Part shown: positions 32,265 to 41,134 of the stretch, one piece after another | How positions within the stretch are numbered: the stretch's first letter is position 1 | How the letters are laid out: every line of letters begins with the position of its first letter | Origin: a virus | Reading direction: 5' to 3' (one strand) | UHGV virus genome: UHGV-0015476 | DNA: 59,873 nt | Position numbers and translations under genes: made by a program | Notes under the pieces: model-generated | What the model was told of the DNA's origin: nothing | The model's input: the letters and a program-made list of their open reading frames with translations, nothing else | Databases searched by the model: none

Positions 32265-32624
32265 ATGAAACGTGCAAAAGTGGCAGGGTCTTCCACGTCC
32301 TTGCCTAAAATGCGCCCTGCGCTGACGCCTGAGGCCCGCGAGGGTCAGTTGATTGCTCTAGCTACCGACCTTGTTGAGCAGAGGATGAGGGATGGGACTG
32401 CGACTTCTCAAGAGGTTGTCCATTTCCTCCGTCTTGGCTCCATGCGTGAGAGACTTGAGCGTGAGCGCTTAGAGAACGAGAATATTTTGCTGCGCGCTAA
32501 GACTGAGGCTCTTGAGTCTCAGGCGAAGGTAGAAGAGCTTTATGCCAAAGCTATCAAGGCTATGCAGCGATATAGCGGTAATTACAACGATGATGAAGAC
32601 GAGAACGACGAATCAGATTATTAG
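32265..32624 (+). CDS. Hypothetical protein, 119 aa, with an acidic C-terminal tail. Weak terminase-small-subunit-like character.
   Basis: RBS AAAGGAGGA upstream; first gene of the late region. Confidence 0.5.
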   Translation: MKRAKVAGSSTSLPKMRPALTPEAREGQLIALATDLVEQRMRDGTATSQEVVHFLRLGSMRERLERERLENENILLRAKTEALESQAKVEELYAKAIKAMQRYSGNYNDDEDENDESDY

Positions 32625-33030
32625 AACCTATTCGGAATTGATTCAGATCCCGACATTTACTGAACGGTTTGAGTATCTCCGACTTGATGGTCAGGTTGGA
32701 GTTGAGACCTTCGGGTTTGATCGGTATTTGAATCAGCGGTTTTATCACTCCACAGAGTGGCAATCAATTCGCGATGATATTATTACTCGTGATTTGGGTT
32801 GCGATCTCGCGATGGACGGATATGAGATTTACGGAAAGATCTACATTCACCATATGAATCCGATAACACAAATGGATATCGTTCATTCAAATGCTGATAT
32901 GCTCAATCCCGAATTTCTGATCTGCACCACTCACAATACTCACAACGCAATTCACTACGGCAATGCATCATTGTTGGTAACCGGACCGATCGAACGCAGA
33001 CCAAACGATACGTGTCCATGGAAAGCATAG
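32542..33030 (+). CDS. HNH endonuclease, possibly a homing or cos-associated nuclease. Start uncertain (32542 or 32593).
   Basis: His-Me finger: GCDLA ... IHHMNPI ... LICTTHNTHNAIHYG. Low GC (~42%). Overlaps the 3' end of the upstream gene. Confidence 0.7.
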   Translation: MPKLSRLCSDIAVITTMMKTRTTNQIIRTYSELIQIPTFTERFEYLRLDGQVGVETFGFDRYLNQRFYHSTEWQSIRDDIITRDLGCDLAMDGYEIYGKIYIHHMNPITQMDIVHSNADMLNPEFLICTTHNTHNAIHYGNASLLVTGPIERRPNDTCPWKA

Positions 33031-33033
33031 GAG

Positions 33034-33594
33034 GTGACGCCTACGATCAACTGGTCTGAATACATCGACGTTTGGCCAAAGGTCAAGCGATCGGCAAGAA
33101 CCACGATTAGCAAGGATGGTGGCGGAGCCTATCCTACTGATTCATGGAAAAAGACGATCCTGCTTGCAGAGCATAGTCCTATTCGCCGAATCAAGTTTTC
33201 CTGGCAATGGGCCAATCTCAAGAGCTGGGTATCTGTTCACTTTGTCCGCCACAAGTTCGGCATCGAACATTGGGTGTCTACCCAAAGAACCGATAGAACG
33301 GGCGTGAATCGTGATAAGAGTCCGCAGGATACTCCCGTACTTCATGAGTGTGAAGCGAACGCTCAGGCGCTGATCTTTATCAGCCGACGGCGGCTTTGCA
33401 ATCAGGCATCACCCGAGACCAGAGCAGCCTGGCAAGAGGTAAAAGAACAGGTATCTGCCGTCGACCCCATTCTGGGTTCCGTTATGGTACCCGAGTGTAT
33501 CTATCGTGGTTTCTGTCCGGAATTTCATTCTTGCGGTTATGCAAATACCGAAGACTACCAGCGTGCTCTTGCGGCGTATCGCAGAAAGGGTTAG
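33034..33594 (+). CDS. ThyX-like (flavin-dependent thymidylate synthase-like) short protein, 186 aa.
   Basis: EHSPIRRIKFSWQW...SWVSVHFVRHKFGIEHWVSTQR parallels the ThyX core H.TPFEH..F.F...P.FV.RQ..RHR-x7-S-x-R. The protein is shorter than canonical ThyX. Confidence 0.4.
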   Translation: MTPTINWSEYIDVWPKVKRSARTTISKDGGGAYPTDSWKKTILLAEHSPIRRIKFSWQWANLKSWVSVHFVRHKFGIEHWVSTQRTDRTGVNRDKSPQDTPVLHECEANAQALIFISRRRLCNQASPETRAAWQEVKEQVSAVDPILGSVMVPECIYRGFCPEFHSCGYANTEDYQRALAAYRRKG

Positions 33595-33596
33595 AC

Positions 33597-33947
33597 ATGA
33601 ATGACAGTATCCTCACTTCTATAAAAAAGGCGCTCGGTCCCGAAGAGATCTACGAGCATTTCGATCCTGAGATTATCATGTATATCAACTCTGTTCTGGC
33701 CACGCTGAGTGAACTTGGCGTTGGTCCAAAAGATGGGTTCATGATTGAGGATAAGACCGCTGTATGGAGTGATTTCATCAGTGACGATAAGCTAATGAGA
33801 CTTGTTCCGACCTACGTCTACCTCAAAGTCAAACTTGTCTTTGACCCGCCGACAATTGCGGCCGTCTTGGAGTCTTTTAAACGCCAGGCCGACGAGTATG
33901 AATGGCGTATCAATGCTGCCGCTGAAAGACTCAGCTCCAAAAGTTAA
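33597..33947 (+). CDS. gp6-like head-tail connector / DNA-packaging-like small protein, 116 aa.
   Basis: N-terminal pattern ILTSIKKALGPEEIYEHFDPEIIMYINSVLATLSELG resembles the Phage_connect_1 N-terminus. Its placement upstream of terL is atypical. Confidence 0.35.
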   Translation: MNDSILTSIKKALGPEEIYEHFDPEIIMYINSVLATLSELGVGPKDGFMIEDKTAVWSDFISDDKLMRLVPTYVYLKVKLVFDPPTIAAVLESFKRQADEYEWRINAAAERLSSKS

Positions 33948-33969
33948 TTCTTCTGTAACAGAAATTTAA

Positions 33970-33997
33970 TTGCATAGGGAGGGGTATATGGTATAAT
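33970..33997 (+). promoter_or_regulatory. Sigma-A-type promoter: -35 TTGCAT, 16-nt spacer, extended -10 TGgTATAAT.
   Basis: TTGCATagggaggggtatatgGTATAAT lies 45 nt upstream of the low-GC moron gene. Confidence 0.6.
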
Positions 33998-34042
33998 ATT
34001 TATAGTGAGCTTGTCGCTATAAGCGAATTAGGAGATGAGCAC

Positions 34043-34687
34043 ATGAAGAAATCTCTATTGCTGGCTCTGTTACTGACCATGCTTTGCACTTCAGCTATGG
34101 CTGATTCCGTACTCCTAACGACTGGTTATTATGTCGTCGGACAGGATATCAGCGCTGGTGGCTATAATATCATAGTTGGTGAATTTGGTACAGAAAAAGA
34201 AGGATGGTGTATCATTTATCTTGACAAGACCAAGATGCAAGAAAATGAACGCCTCGTTTCTGGCGATGTTCCGATCGGCGAAGGTCCATTCCATATAAAT
34301 CTTGATGATGGTAACGTTGTGTCTGTAGGCGGTCTTCCTTTGCTGTTCTCAACGGAGGAAATCAAAGAAGAAGATTATCCGGTCTATGACCCGCCCGAAG
34401 GTACTCTCGTAGTCAGCGGAATCTACCGAGGTGGTATAGATATACCGACTGGGACCTATCAAGTATATTCTGCAATTGCTAAGGCTGGATACATTATAGG
34501 TTACAGAACAGAAGAAGCCTACCAAGATGATAAGGATTCAGGATATCACCTTGATCGTGATTTTACAGTTGACTACTATCCAACTAAACCAGAGGAAATA
34601 GCAGTTGTGGAAGTAGAAGAAGGAAATGTACTCTTATTCAACGGCGATGCTATTATGAGAAAACCTCCAAAGCTAACATTTGAGTAA
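34043..34687 (+). CDS. Secreted protein with a signal peptide and an internal duplicated motif. Low-GC moron; candidate lysogenic-conversion factor.
   Basis: Signal peptide MKKSLLLALLLTMLCTSAMA. Internal repeats GYYVVGQDISAGGYNII and GIYRGGIDIPTGTYQVY. GC ~40%. It has its own promoter and terminator. Confidence 0.65.
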   Translation: MKKSLLLALLLTMLCTSAMADSVLLTTGYYVVGQDISAGGYNIIVGEFGTEKEGWCIIYLDKTKMQENERLVSGDVPIGEGPFHINLDDGNVVSVGGLPLLFSTEEIKEEDYPVYDPPEGTLVVSGIYRGGIDIPTGTYQVYSAIAKAGYIIGYRTEEAYQDDKDSGYHLDRDFTVDYYPTKPEEIAVVEVEEGNVLLFNGDAIMRKPPKLTFE

Positions 34688-34704
34688 TAACTAAAAATGT
34701 AAGC

Positions 34705-34737
34705 GCCTCTAAGCGAAAAGCTTAGGGGCTATTTTTA
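34705..34737 (+). terminator. Rho-independent terminator with a 10-bp stem (GCCTCTAAGC-GAAAA-GCTTAGGGGC) and TATTTTTA.
   Basis: Strong hairpin plus T-tract. Confidence 0.7.
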
Positions 34738-34756
34738 TGCAGAAAGGGGGATAAGG

Positions 34757-35455
34757 ATGTCGGCCAACGAACTAACGCATCATGGCATTCTTGGACAGAG
34801 ATGGGGTGTTCGGCGCACGCCTGAGCAGCTCGGTCATAAAACTGGCAGTAAAAATGCTTCTTCTGGCACGTCGAAGAAGGAGACTGCCGAAAAGAAAACC
34901 GGCAGCGCTCACAAGAAAACTTCGCATATGACCGATGAAGAACTCCGGCAACGCATTCAGAGGTTAAATATGGAAGAGCAGTATGCCAATCTCGCTGCAA
35001 GAGCAAAGGAACGTAATACTTCTACTTTGCGAAAACTTGTCGGAAATGCTTTGGAAAGCTTTGGCAAACAGAGCTTCGATTTTGCTGTTAAATGGGCTGT
35101 CGATAAGGTCTTCAGCAAAAAAGATCCAGATGAAGCATTGCGAAAAGAGGTCGAACATCTCAGGCTTGAAGACAGTCGTGAAGAATTGCTCGGCAAAAAA
35201 GGAAATCGCGGCGATCAGTTAAGGCGAGAAGTTGATCGGTTGAGCTTGGAAGACCGACGAGCCGAATTGCTTGGCAAAAAACATGAACGTGAGAATCCAA
35301 AGCCGGAGTTTGACATCAGCAAGTGGCGTTACGCCGACGTGCGAACCATGGATGCTGAAACGGCTCAGAATGTTGCTCGTTATTACGCAAACGCCAAGTT
35401 AATTGTCACTGGGCAGGATGCTTTGAAGCCTAAACCGGACGGTGGCGATACTTAA
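34757..35455 (+). CDS. Hypothetical protein immediately upstream of terL (possible small terminase subunit). It carries the shared HHGIxGQRWGVRRxPEQLGH N-terminal motif.
   Basis: The stop is coupled to the terL start (TAATG). Coiled-coil region with internal repeats LEDSREELLGKK and LEDRRAELLGKK. Confidence 0.5.
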   Translation: MSANELTHHGILGQRWGVRRTPEQLGHKTGSKNASSGTSKKETAEKKTGSAHKKTSHMTDEELRQRIQRLNMEEQYANLAARAKERNTSTLRKLVGNALESFGKQSFDFAVKWAVDKVFSKKDPDEALRKEVEHLRLEDSREELLGKKGNRGDQLRREVDRLSLEDRRAELLGKKHERENPKPEFDISKWRYADVRTMDAETAQNVARYYANAKLIVTGQDALKPKPDGGDT

Positions 35456-37194
35456 TGCTATCTAACACCGCTGTTCCAAAATATTACGGAGAGTTTCGAG
35501 ATGCTGTTATCCGAGGAGAAATTCCAATCAACGCCGAGATTGAAATGGAGATGCATCGAATCGATGATCTCATTGATGATCCTGAGGTTTGGTATGACGA
35601 CGACGCCATTAAAGGCTTCATCGAGTATTGCGAAGAGGAATTGACATTAACTGATGGTTCTGATGTAAAACTGCTCGATAGTTTCAAACTATGGGCGGAA
35701 CAGATCTTTGGTTGGTATGTCTATGAAACTCGCGTTGTACCCAAACCCAGAAGGAACGGTACGATTCGTTACATCCGTAAACGCATCAAAAAGCGACTGA
35801 CCAACAAGCAGTTTCTGATTGTGGCCAGAGGCGCAGCCAAGACGATGTACGCCAGCTTCATCCAGAGTTTCTTTCTGAATATCGACAACAGCACCACTCA
35901 TCAGATTGCGACGGCTTTTACCATGAGACAGGCTGAGGAAACTCTATCGCCAATTCGTACTGCTATCACTCGCGCCCGTGGCCCCTTATTCAAGTTCCTT
36001 ACTGAGGGCAGTTTACAGAATACTACCGGGTCTCGCGCGAATCGAGTAAAGCTTGCAAGTACCAAAAAGGGAATTCAGAATTTCCTCACGGATAGCTATA
36101 TCGAGACTGTCCCTATGAGTATCGACAAGCTGCAATCAATGCGAACCAAGATCGCAACCATCGATGAATGGCTTTCCTGCGATGTTCGAGAAAATGTCGT
36201 CAACGCCATCGAACAAGGCTCCTCCAAAATAGATGATTACCTGATTGTCGCTATCAGTTCCGAAGGAACCGTGCGAAACGCTATCGGTGACACCATGAAG
36301 ATGGAACTGATGAAGATTCTCAAAGGAGAATTGGAACAGCCTTGGGTGAGTATCTGGTACTATCGTTTGGATTCCATCGACGAGGTAAAGAACCCCGCAA
36401 TGTGGCTCAAGGCCAATCCAAACTTGGGAAAGACCGTCACTTATGAGACTTACTCCCGTGACGTAGCCAAGATTGAGAAGTCGCCGGCAGACAAGAATGA
36501 GATTCTCGCCAAGCGTTTCGGTATTCCGATGGAAGGTCTGTCCTATTTCTTCACTTATGAAGAGATTCAGAAGCATGCCAAGCGTAATTACTGGCAGATG
36601 CCTTGCGCTCTTGGCGCTGACCTTTCTCAGGGTGACGACTTTTGTGCGTTTACATTCATTTTCCCGTTACGTGATGGCTGCTTTGGTGTGAAGACCAGAA
36701 ATTACATTTCTCAACTGACTTTTGACAGGCTCCCAGCTGCCATGCACATCAAGTATGAGGAGTTCATTGAAGAAGGCAGTCTCGTCATAATGGATGGCAC
36801 CGTACTCGATATGATGGCTGTTTATGAGGATCTCGACCAGCATATCTCCGAAATGGAATATGATGTGCGCTGTCTCGGGTACGATCCTTATAATGCTAAG
36901 GAATTCATTGCGCGATGGGAAGCTGAAAACAGTCCCTTTGGTATCGAGAAGGTTATTCAGGGGGCAAAAACAGAATCCGTTCCTTTGGGCGAGCTAAAGA
37001 AGCTATCCGAGGAGAGGATGCTTTTGTTTGACGAGAGCCTTATGACTTTTGCTATGGGCAACTGTATCGCGGTTGAGGATACCAACGGCAATCGTAAGCT
37101 TGTTAAAAAGCGTTATGAGCAGAAGATCGATGCTGTTGCGGCTATGATGGATGCCTACATCGCATACAAAATCAATAGGGAGGCGTTTGATTGA
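35455..37194 (+). CDS. terL: Terminase large subunit.
   Basis: 579 aa with a deviant Walker A (LIVARGAAKT) and nuclease-domain acidic residues. Its position upstream of the portal gene is typical. Confidence 0.8.
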   Translation: MLSNTAVPKYYGEFRDAVIRGEIPINAEIEMEMHRIDDLIDDPEVWYDDDAIKGFIEYCEEELTLTDGSDVKLLDSFKLWAEQIFGWYVYETRVVPKPRRNGTIRYIRKRIKKRLTNKQFLIVARGAAKTMYASFIQSFFLNIDNSTTHQIATAFTMRQAEETLSPIRTAITRARGPLFKFLTEGSLQNTTGSRANRVKLASTKKGIQNFLTDSYIETVPMSIDKLQSMRTKIATIDEWLSCDVRENVVNAIEQGSSKIDDYLIVAISSEGTVRNAIGDTMKMELMKILKGELEQPWVSIWYYRLDSIDEVKNPAMWLKANPNLGKTVTYETYSRDVAKIEKSPADKNEILAKRFGIPMEGLSYFFTYEEIQKHAKRNYWQMPCALGADLSQGDDFCAFTFIFPLRDGCFGVKTRNYISQLTFDRLPAAMHIKYEEFIEEGSLVIMDGTVLDMMAVYEDLDQHISEMEYDVRCLGYDPYNAKEFIARWEAENSPFGIEKVIQGAKTESVPLGELKKLSEERMLLFDESLMTFAMGNCIAVEDTNGNRKLVKKRYEQKIDAVAAMMDAYIAYKINREAFD

Positions 37195-37682
37195 GCATCT
37201 TCGACAGCCCTTACTGTGGTTCTATCTGGCACCACGGAATCAAAGGCCAGAGATGGGGTGTTCGGCGCTCTCCCGAACAGCTTGGCCATGAATCATCTGC
37301 GTTTAGGCCAGTTGCAAAAGCCGAAAAAGGTGTTAAAATAGTAGATGGCGTATACCATAGCAGCAAAGGGTTTACTGCCGCTGTGGCCAAGTTCACAAAT
37401 TACTTTTTATATCCTGAAAAGCCGCATGCAAAGGAATTCTTTGATGTTGGCTATAAACAAAGCGATTCTGATCTCTTGTTTAGGCACATCGAAGACGGAT
37501 TCGACTTATCCAAGAGAACCGGAACTCGGAAGAATGAAAGAGGCCAGGAGCAGTTTCAAATTTCTATGAATCTTGGCGTGGTTCAGAAGAAACCATTTAC
37601 TACCGCCTGGCAGATTGACAAAGAAGGCGACAAGCCGAAACTGACTTCCGCATATCGGGATCGCAGAAGTAAAGGAGAGTGA
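37191..37682 (+). CDS. Hypothetical protein with a TTG start that shares the HHGIKGQRWGVRRSPEQLGH N-terminal motif with ORF 34757. The C-terminal part may be a nuclease/toxin-like domain.
   Basis: RBS AATAGGGAGG lies 8 nt before TTG 37191. A 21-nt identical DNA core (CAGAGATGGGGTGTTCGGCGC) is shared with 34799-34819. Confidence 0.5.
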   Translation: MSIFDSPYCGSIWHHGIKGQRWGVRRSPEQLGHESSAFRPVAKAEKGVKIVDGVYHSSKGFTAAVAKFTNYFLYPEKPHAKEFFDVGYKQSDSDLLFRHIEDGFDLSKRTGTRKNERGQEQFQISMNLGVVQKKPFTTAWQIDKEGDKPKLTSAYRDRRSKGE

Positions 37683-37689
37683 TAATGCC

Positions 37690-37890
37690 ATGTTCTCGGA
37701 ATTCGATCGCGTTCGTATCAAGGGGAAGAACGTGATTGGTGAAATAATCGACATTCATCAGACAAAGGACGGCACCACCTGTTACACTATCGAGAGTGAA
37801 CGGGAAGGCCCGATCAATGACCCGGACGCCTGGAATGATGTCAGATTTCCGCAGTTCATCTGCACAGAAGATCAGCTGGAGCATGCGTAA
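37690..37890 (+). CDS. Small hypothetical protein, 66 aa.
   Basis: RBS-less coupled ORF immediately upstream of the portal gene. Confidence 0.45.
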   Translation: MFSEFDRVRIKGKNVIGEIIDIHQTKDGTTCYTIESEREGPINDPDAWNDVRFPQFICTEDQLEHA

Positions 37891-37980
37891 CACAGTTCTT
37901 TGATGACTCCGAACCGTCAAAATGGTTTGGGGTCTTTTTTTATGCCATTTTTCAAACTGACTATGCAGGAGGAGACCGAT

Positions 37981-39246
37981 ATGCCATTTATGAACAGGCT
38001 TAAACATGCCTGGAACATCTTTAAGAACAAGGACCCCACTGCCTACACTCAGATCGGTGTTTCATATGCCGGTGGTTATCGTCCTGATCGGCCCCGTTTC
38101 AGCAGAGGAAACGAGCGTTCTATTACGACTTCTGTTTACAATCGCATTGCTATGGATGCTGCGGCTATGAATGTTCGTCATGTCCGGCTGGATAAGAATG
38201 GGCGCTATCTGGAGGATATGAAATCTGGTCTGAACAATTGCCTGTCTCTGGAAGCCAATATCGACCAGACTGGCCGAGGGTTCATCCAGGATGTTGTAAT
38301 GAGCATGCTGGATGAAGGATGCGTTGCTATTGTGCCGGTTGATACAGACATCGATCCTGAAGAGAGCGAAAGCGTCAAGATTCTGACTATGCGGACCGGA
38401 AAAATCGTCGACTGGTACCCGAAGTATGTTCGTGTACAGTTATATAACGAAGAAGTCGGTCGCCGCGAGGAAGTGATCCTGCCGAAATCCATCGTTGCGA
38501 TTGTTGAGAATCCATTGTATGCGGTTATCAATGAACCGAACTCCACCATGCAGCGACTGGTCCGAAAACTTAGTTTGCTGGATGTTGTGGATGAGAAAAC
38601 CAGCAGCGGAAAATTGGATCTCATCATCCAGCTTCCCTACGTCATCAAGACGGAGGCCCGTAGACAGCAGGCGGAATTGCGGCGTAAAGACATTGAGACT
38701 CAGCTTGCCGAGGGCAAGTATGGTATTGCCTATACGGATGGTACAGAACGGATCACACAGTTAAACCGACCGGTCGAGAACAATCTGATGAAGCAGATTG
38801 AGTATCTCACCGGTATGCTATATAGCCAGCTCGGTATTACTCAGGCAATTCTCGATGGATCGGCCGATGAAAAGACGATGCTGAATTACTATAACCGGAC
38901 AATCGAGCCGATTCTTGCGGCTATTACCGATGAGATGAAGCGGAAATTCCTCAGTAAGACAGCTCGTTCTCAGAATCAGACCGTCACTTTCTTCCGTGAT
39001 CCGTTCAAGTTAGTCCCCGTCAATGACATCGCGGAGATCGCTGATAAGTTTACTCGCAACGAAATTATGACCTCCAATGAGATCAGACAGATTATCGGCA
39101 TAAAGCCTAGCGATGATCCCAATGCTGATGTGCTGAGAAACAAGAATCTGAGCGCTTCTGATGGGGATAAGAAATCTCTGTTGTCGGCCGGTTCAGGACC
39201 GGGCGATTCCAACAAAGAAGAAAAGGAGACAGGTCAAAATGGATAA
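37981..39246 (+). CDS. Portal protein (SPP1 gp6-like family).
   Basis: RBS AGGAGG lies 10 nt before ATG 37981. Size and position (after terL, before capsid) fit a portal. My recollection of SPP1-type portal sequence features supports this but is not a checked alignment. Confidence 0.75.
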   Translation: MPFMNRLKHAWNIFKNKDPTAYTQIGVSYAGGYRPDRPRFSRGNERSITTSVYNRIAMDAAAMNVRHVRLDKNGRYLEDMKSGLNNCLSLEANIDQTGRGFIQDVVMSMLDEGCVAIVPVDTDIDPEESESVKILTMRTGKIVDWYPKYVRVQLYNEEVGRREEVILPKSIVAIVENPLYAVINEPNSTMQRLVRKLSLLDVVDEKTSSGKLDLIIQLPYVIKTEARRQQAELRRKDIETQLAEGKYGIAYTDGTERITQLNRPVENNLMKQIEYLTGMLYSQLGITQAILDGSADEKTMLNYYNRTIEPILAAITDEMKRKFLSKTARSQNQTVTFFRDPFKLVPVNDIAEIADKFTRNEIMTSNEIRQIIGIKPSDDPNADVLRNKNLSASDGDKKSLLSAGSGPGDSNKEEKETGQNG

Positions 39247-41116
39247 GAAATTTGATTTCGCTGGCTGGGCGACCCGCGCAAATCTGCGCTGTTCGGACGG
39301 CCGCGTCATCATGAAGGACGCCTTTAAGGACTGCGACGGCAAACGTGTTCCGCTTGTGTGGAACCACCGCCATACCGAGCCCGAGAATGTTCTTGGCTAC
39401 GCAATCCTTCACAGCGTAGACGGCGATATGCGCACTGAGTGTTATTTCAACAGCACGGAGAGCGGTCAGACCGCAAAGGAACTGGTCCAGCACGGCGATA
39501 TCAACCAGCTTTCCATCTACGCCAACCAGCTCAAGGAGCAGGGTAAGAATGTGCTGCATGGTATTATTCGCGAAGTTAGTCTCGTGCTGGCCGGTGCGAA
39601 TCCCGGTGCATTCATCGACTCTGTGATTGCTCACAACGAGGATGGCACCGTCGTTGAAGATCGTGAGCAGGGCATTCTGTTCACCGGCGAGTTCATTGAA
39701 CTTTATCACTCCGACAAAGAAGATGAACAGAAAACCGATGACAGCCAGAAGAAGCCCGAGCAGGCTGACGAAGACCAGAAAGAGGACAACGAGCAGAAGG
39801 GTGAAACCGCCCGTGATATCTTCAAGACCCTGACTGAGAAACAGCAGGTGGTTGTGATGGCGATGCTCGAGGAAGCCATCAAGAAGAACGAGGATGAAGA
39901 ATCCAACGACAATTCCGATAAGGAGAAGAAAGAGGAGGAAACCGAAATGAAGCACAACGTGTTTGACCAGGGTACCGAAAACCAGGAAGCCGTACTGAGC
40001 CATGCCGATGGCGCTGCGATCGTTGAACTGGCGAAGAGCTATGGCGGTGGTTCCCTGAAGGCTGCTTATGATGCCTACATCGACGAGAAGAAGAGCACTC
40101 TGGCCCATGCCAACGGCGACAATGATCTTGGCGTCAAGAACATTGCCCAGCTGTTCCCGGAGTACGCGAATCTCAAACCCGGCGCTCCCGAGCTGCTGAC
40201 CACCGACCAGGGCTGGATCGGCAAGGTGCTGGCGAAGGTTCATAAGAGCCCTATCAGCCGCATTCGCACCCGTCAGGCGGACGTTCGCGATATCACCACC
40301 CGCCGTGCCAAGGGTTATACCAAGGGTACCCAAAAGACTGACGCCCGCAACATCGAGATCATTAACCGTACCACTGATCCGGTGACGGTCTACATCCGCT
40401 CCAAGCTGGATCGTGACGACATCATCGACATCACTGATTTCGATATTGTCGCCTACATGTACAACCTGGATCGCATGAACCTGAACGAGGAACTGGCCCG
40501 TCAGATCACCATCGGTGATGGCCGCAGCGGTGAAGGCAGCATCGACCCCACCAAGATCCGTCCGATCTGGCTGGATGACGAGATGTATTGCATGCACAAA
40601 ACCGTTGATATCAAGGCTATGCGCAACGAGCTTACCGGCACCAATTCCACCGCCAACTTCGGTGAGAACTATGTGTATGCAGAGGCCGTCATCCAGACCC
40701 TGCTGTATGCCCGTGAGAAGTACAAGGGTTCCGGCAATCCCGATTTCGTGTGCACTCCCCATCTGGTGAATGTGATGCTGCTGGCTCGCGACCTGAACGG
40801 CCGCCGGATCTATGACAACATCAACGAGCTGAAGGCTGCGCTGAATGTCAACGAGATCATCACTGCTGAGCAGTATGAAGGCAAGACTCGCACTGCCACC
40901 GTGGAGCAGGCTGAGAAGACCTTTGAGCTTCTGGGCCTGCTGGTGAACTTTGCTGATTACAGCCTGGGTTCCACCAAGGGCGGTGAGATTACTCACTTCC
41001 AGCAGTTTGATATCAACTTCAACCAGGAAGTCAGCTTGTTGGAGACCCGCTGCTCCGGTGCTCTGACCCGCCCATTCTCCGCCATTGCGCTGGAGACCGA
41101 CGTGACTGGCGGCTGA
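39239..41116 (+). CDS. Fusion of an HK97-family prohead protease (N-terminus), an acidic scaffold-like linker and an HK97-fold major capsid protein.
   Basis: Protease motifs VPLVWNHRHTEP and SLVLAGANPGAFI. Acidic linker DKEDEQKTDDSQKKPEQADEDQKEDNEQ. The C-terminal ~400 aa is capsid-like. Confidence 0.65.
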   Translation: MDKKFDFAGWATRANLRCSDGRVIMKDAFKDCDGKRVPLVWNHRHTEPENVLGYAILHSVDGDMRTECYFNSTESGQTAKELVQHGDINQLSIYANQLKEQGKNVLHGIIREVSLVLAGANPGAFIDSVIAHNEDGTVVEDREQGILFTGEFIELYHSDKEDEQKTDDSQKKPEQADEDQKEDNEQKGETARDIFKTLTEKQQVVVMAMLEEAIKKNEDEESNDNSDKEKKEEETEMKHNVFDQGTENQEAVLSHADGAAIVELAKSYGGGSLKAAYDAYIDEKKSTLAHANGDNDLGVKNIAQLFPEYANLKPGAPELLTTDQGWIGKVLAKVHKSPISRIRTRQADVRDITTRRAKGYTKGTQKTDARNIEIINRTTDPVTVYIRSKLDRDDIIDITDFDIVAYMYNLDRMNLNEELARQITIGDGRSGEGSIDPTKIRPIWLDDEMYCMHKTVDIKAMRNELTGTNSTANFGENYVYAEAVIQTLLYAREKYKGSGNPDFVCTPHLVNVMLLARDLNGRRIYDNINELKAALNVNEIITAEQYEGKTRTATVEQAEKTFELLGLLVNFADYSLGSTKGGEITHFQQFDINFNQEVSLLETRCSGALTRPFSAIALETDVTGG

Positions 41117-41134
41117 TTGGAGTGAACCGTCAAA

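Noticed and set aside
32265-32624. Calling ORF 32265-32624 the terminase small subunit.
   Set aside because: It is separated from terL by five genes and has no recognisable TerS signature. The gene immediately upstream of terL (34757-35455) is a better positional candidate. Both are left as hypothetical.
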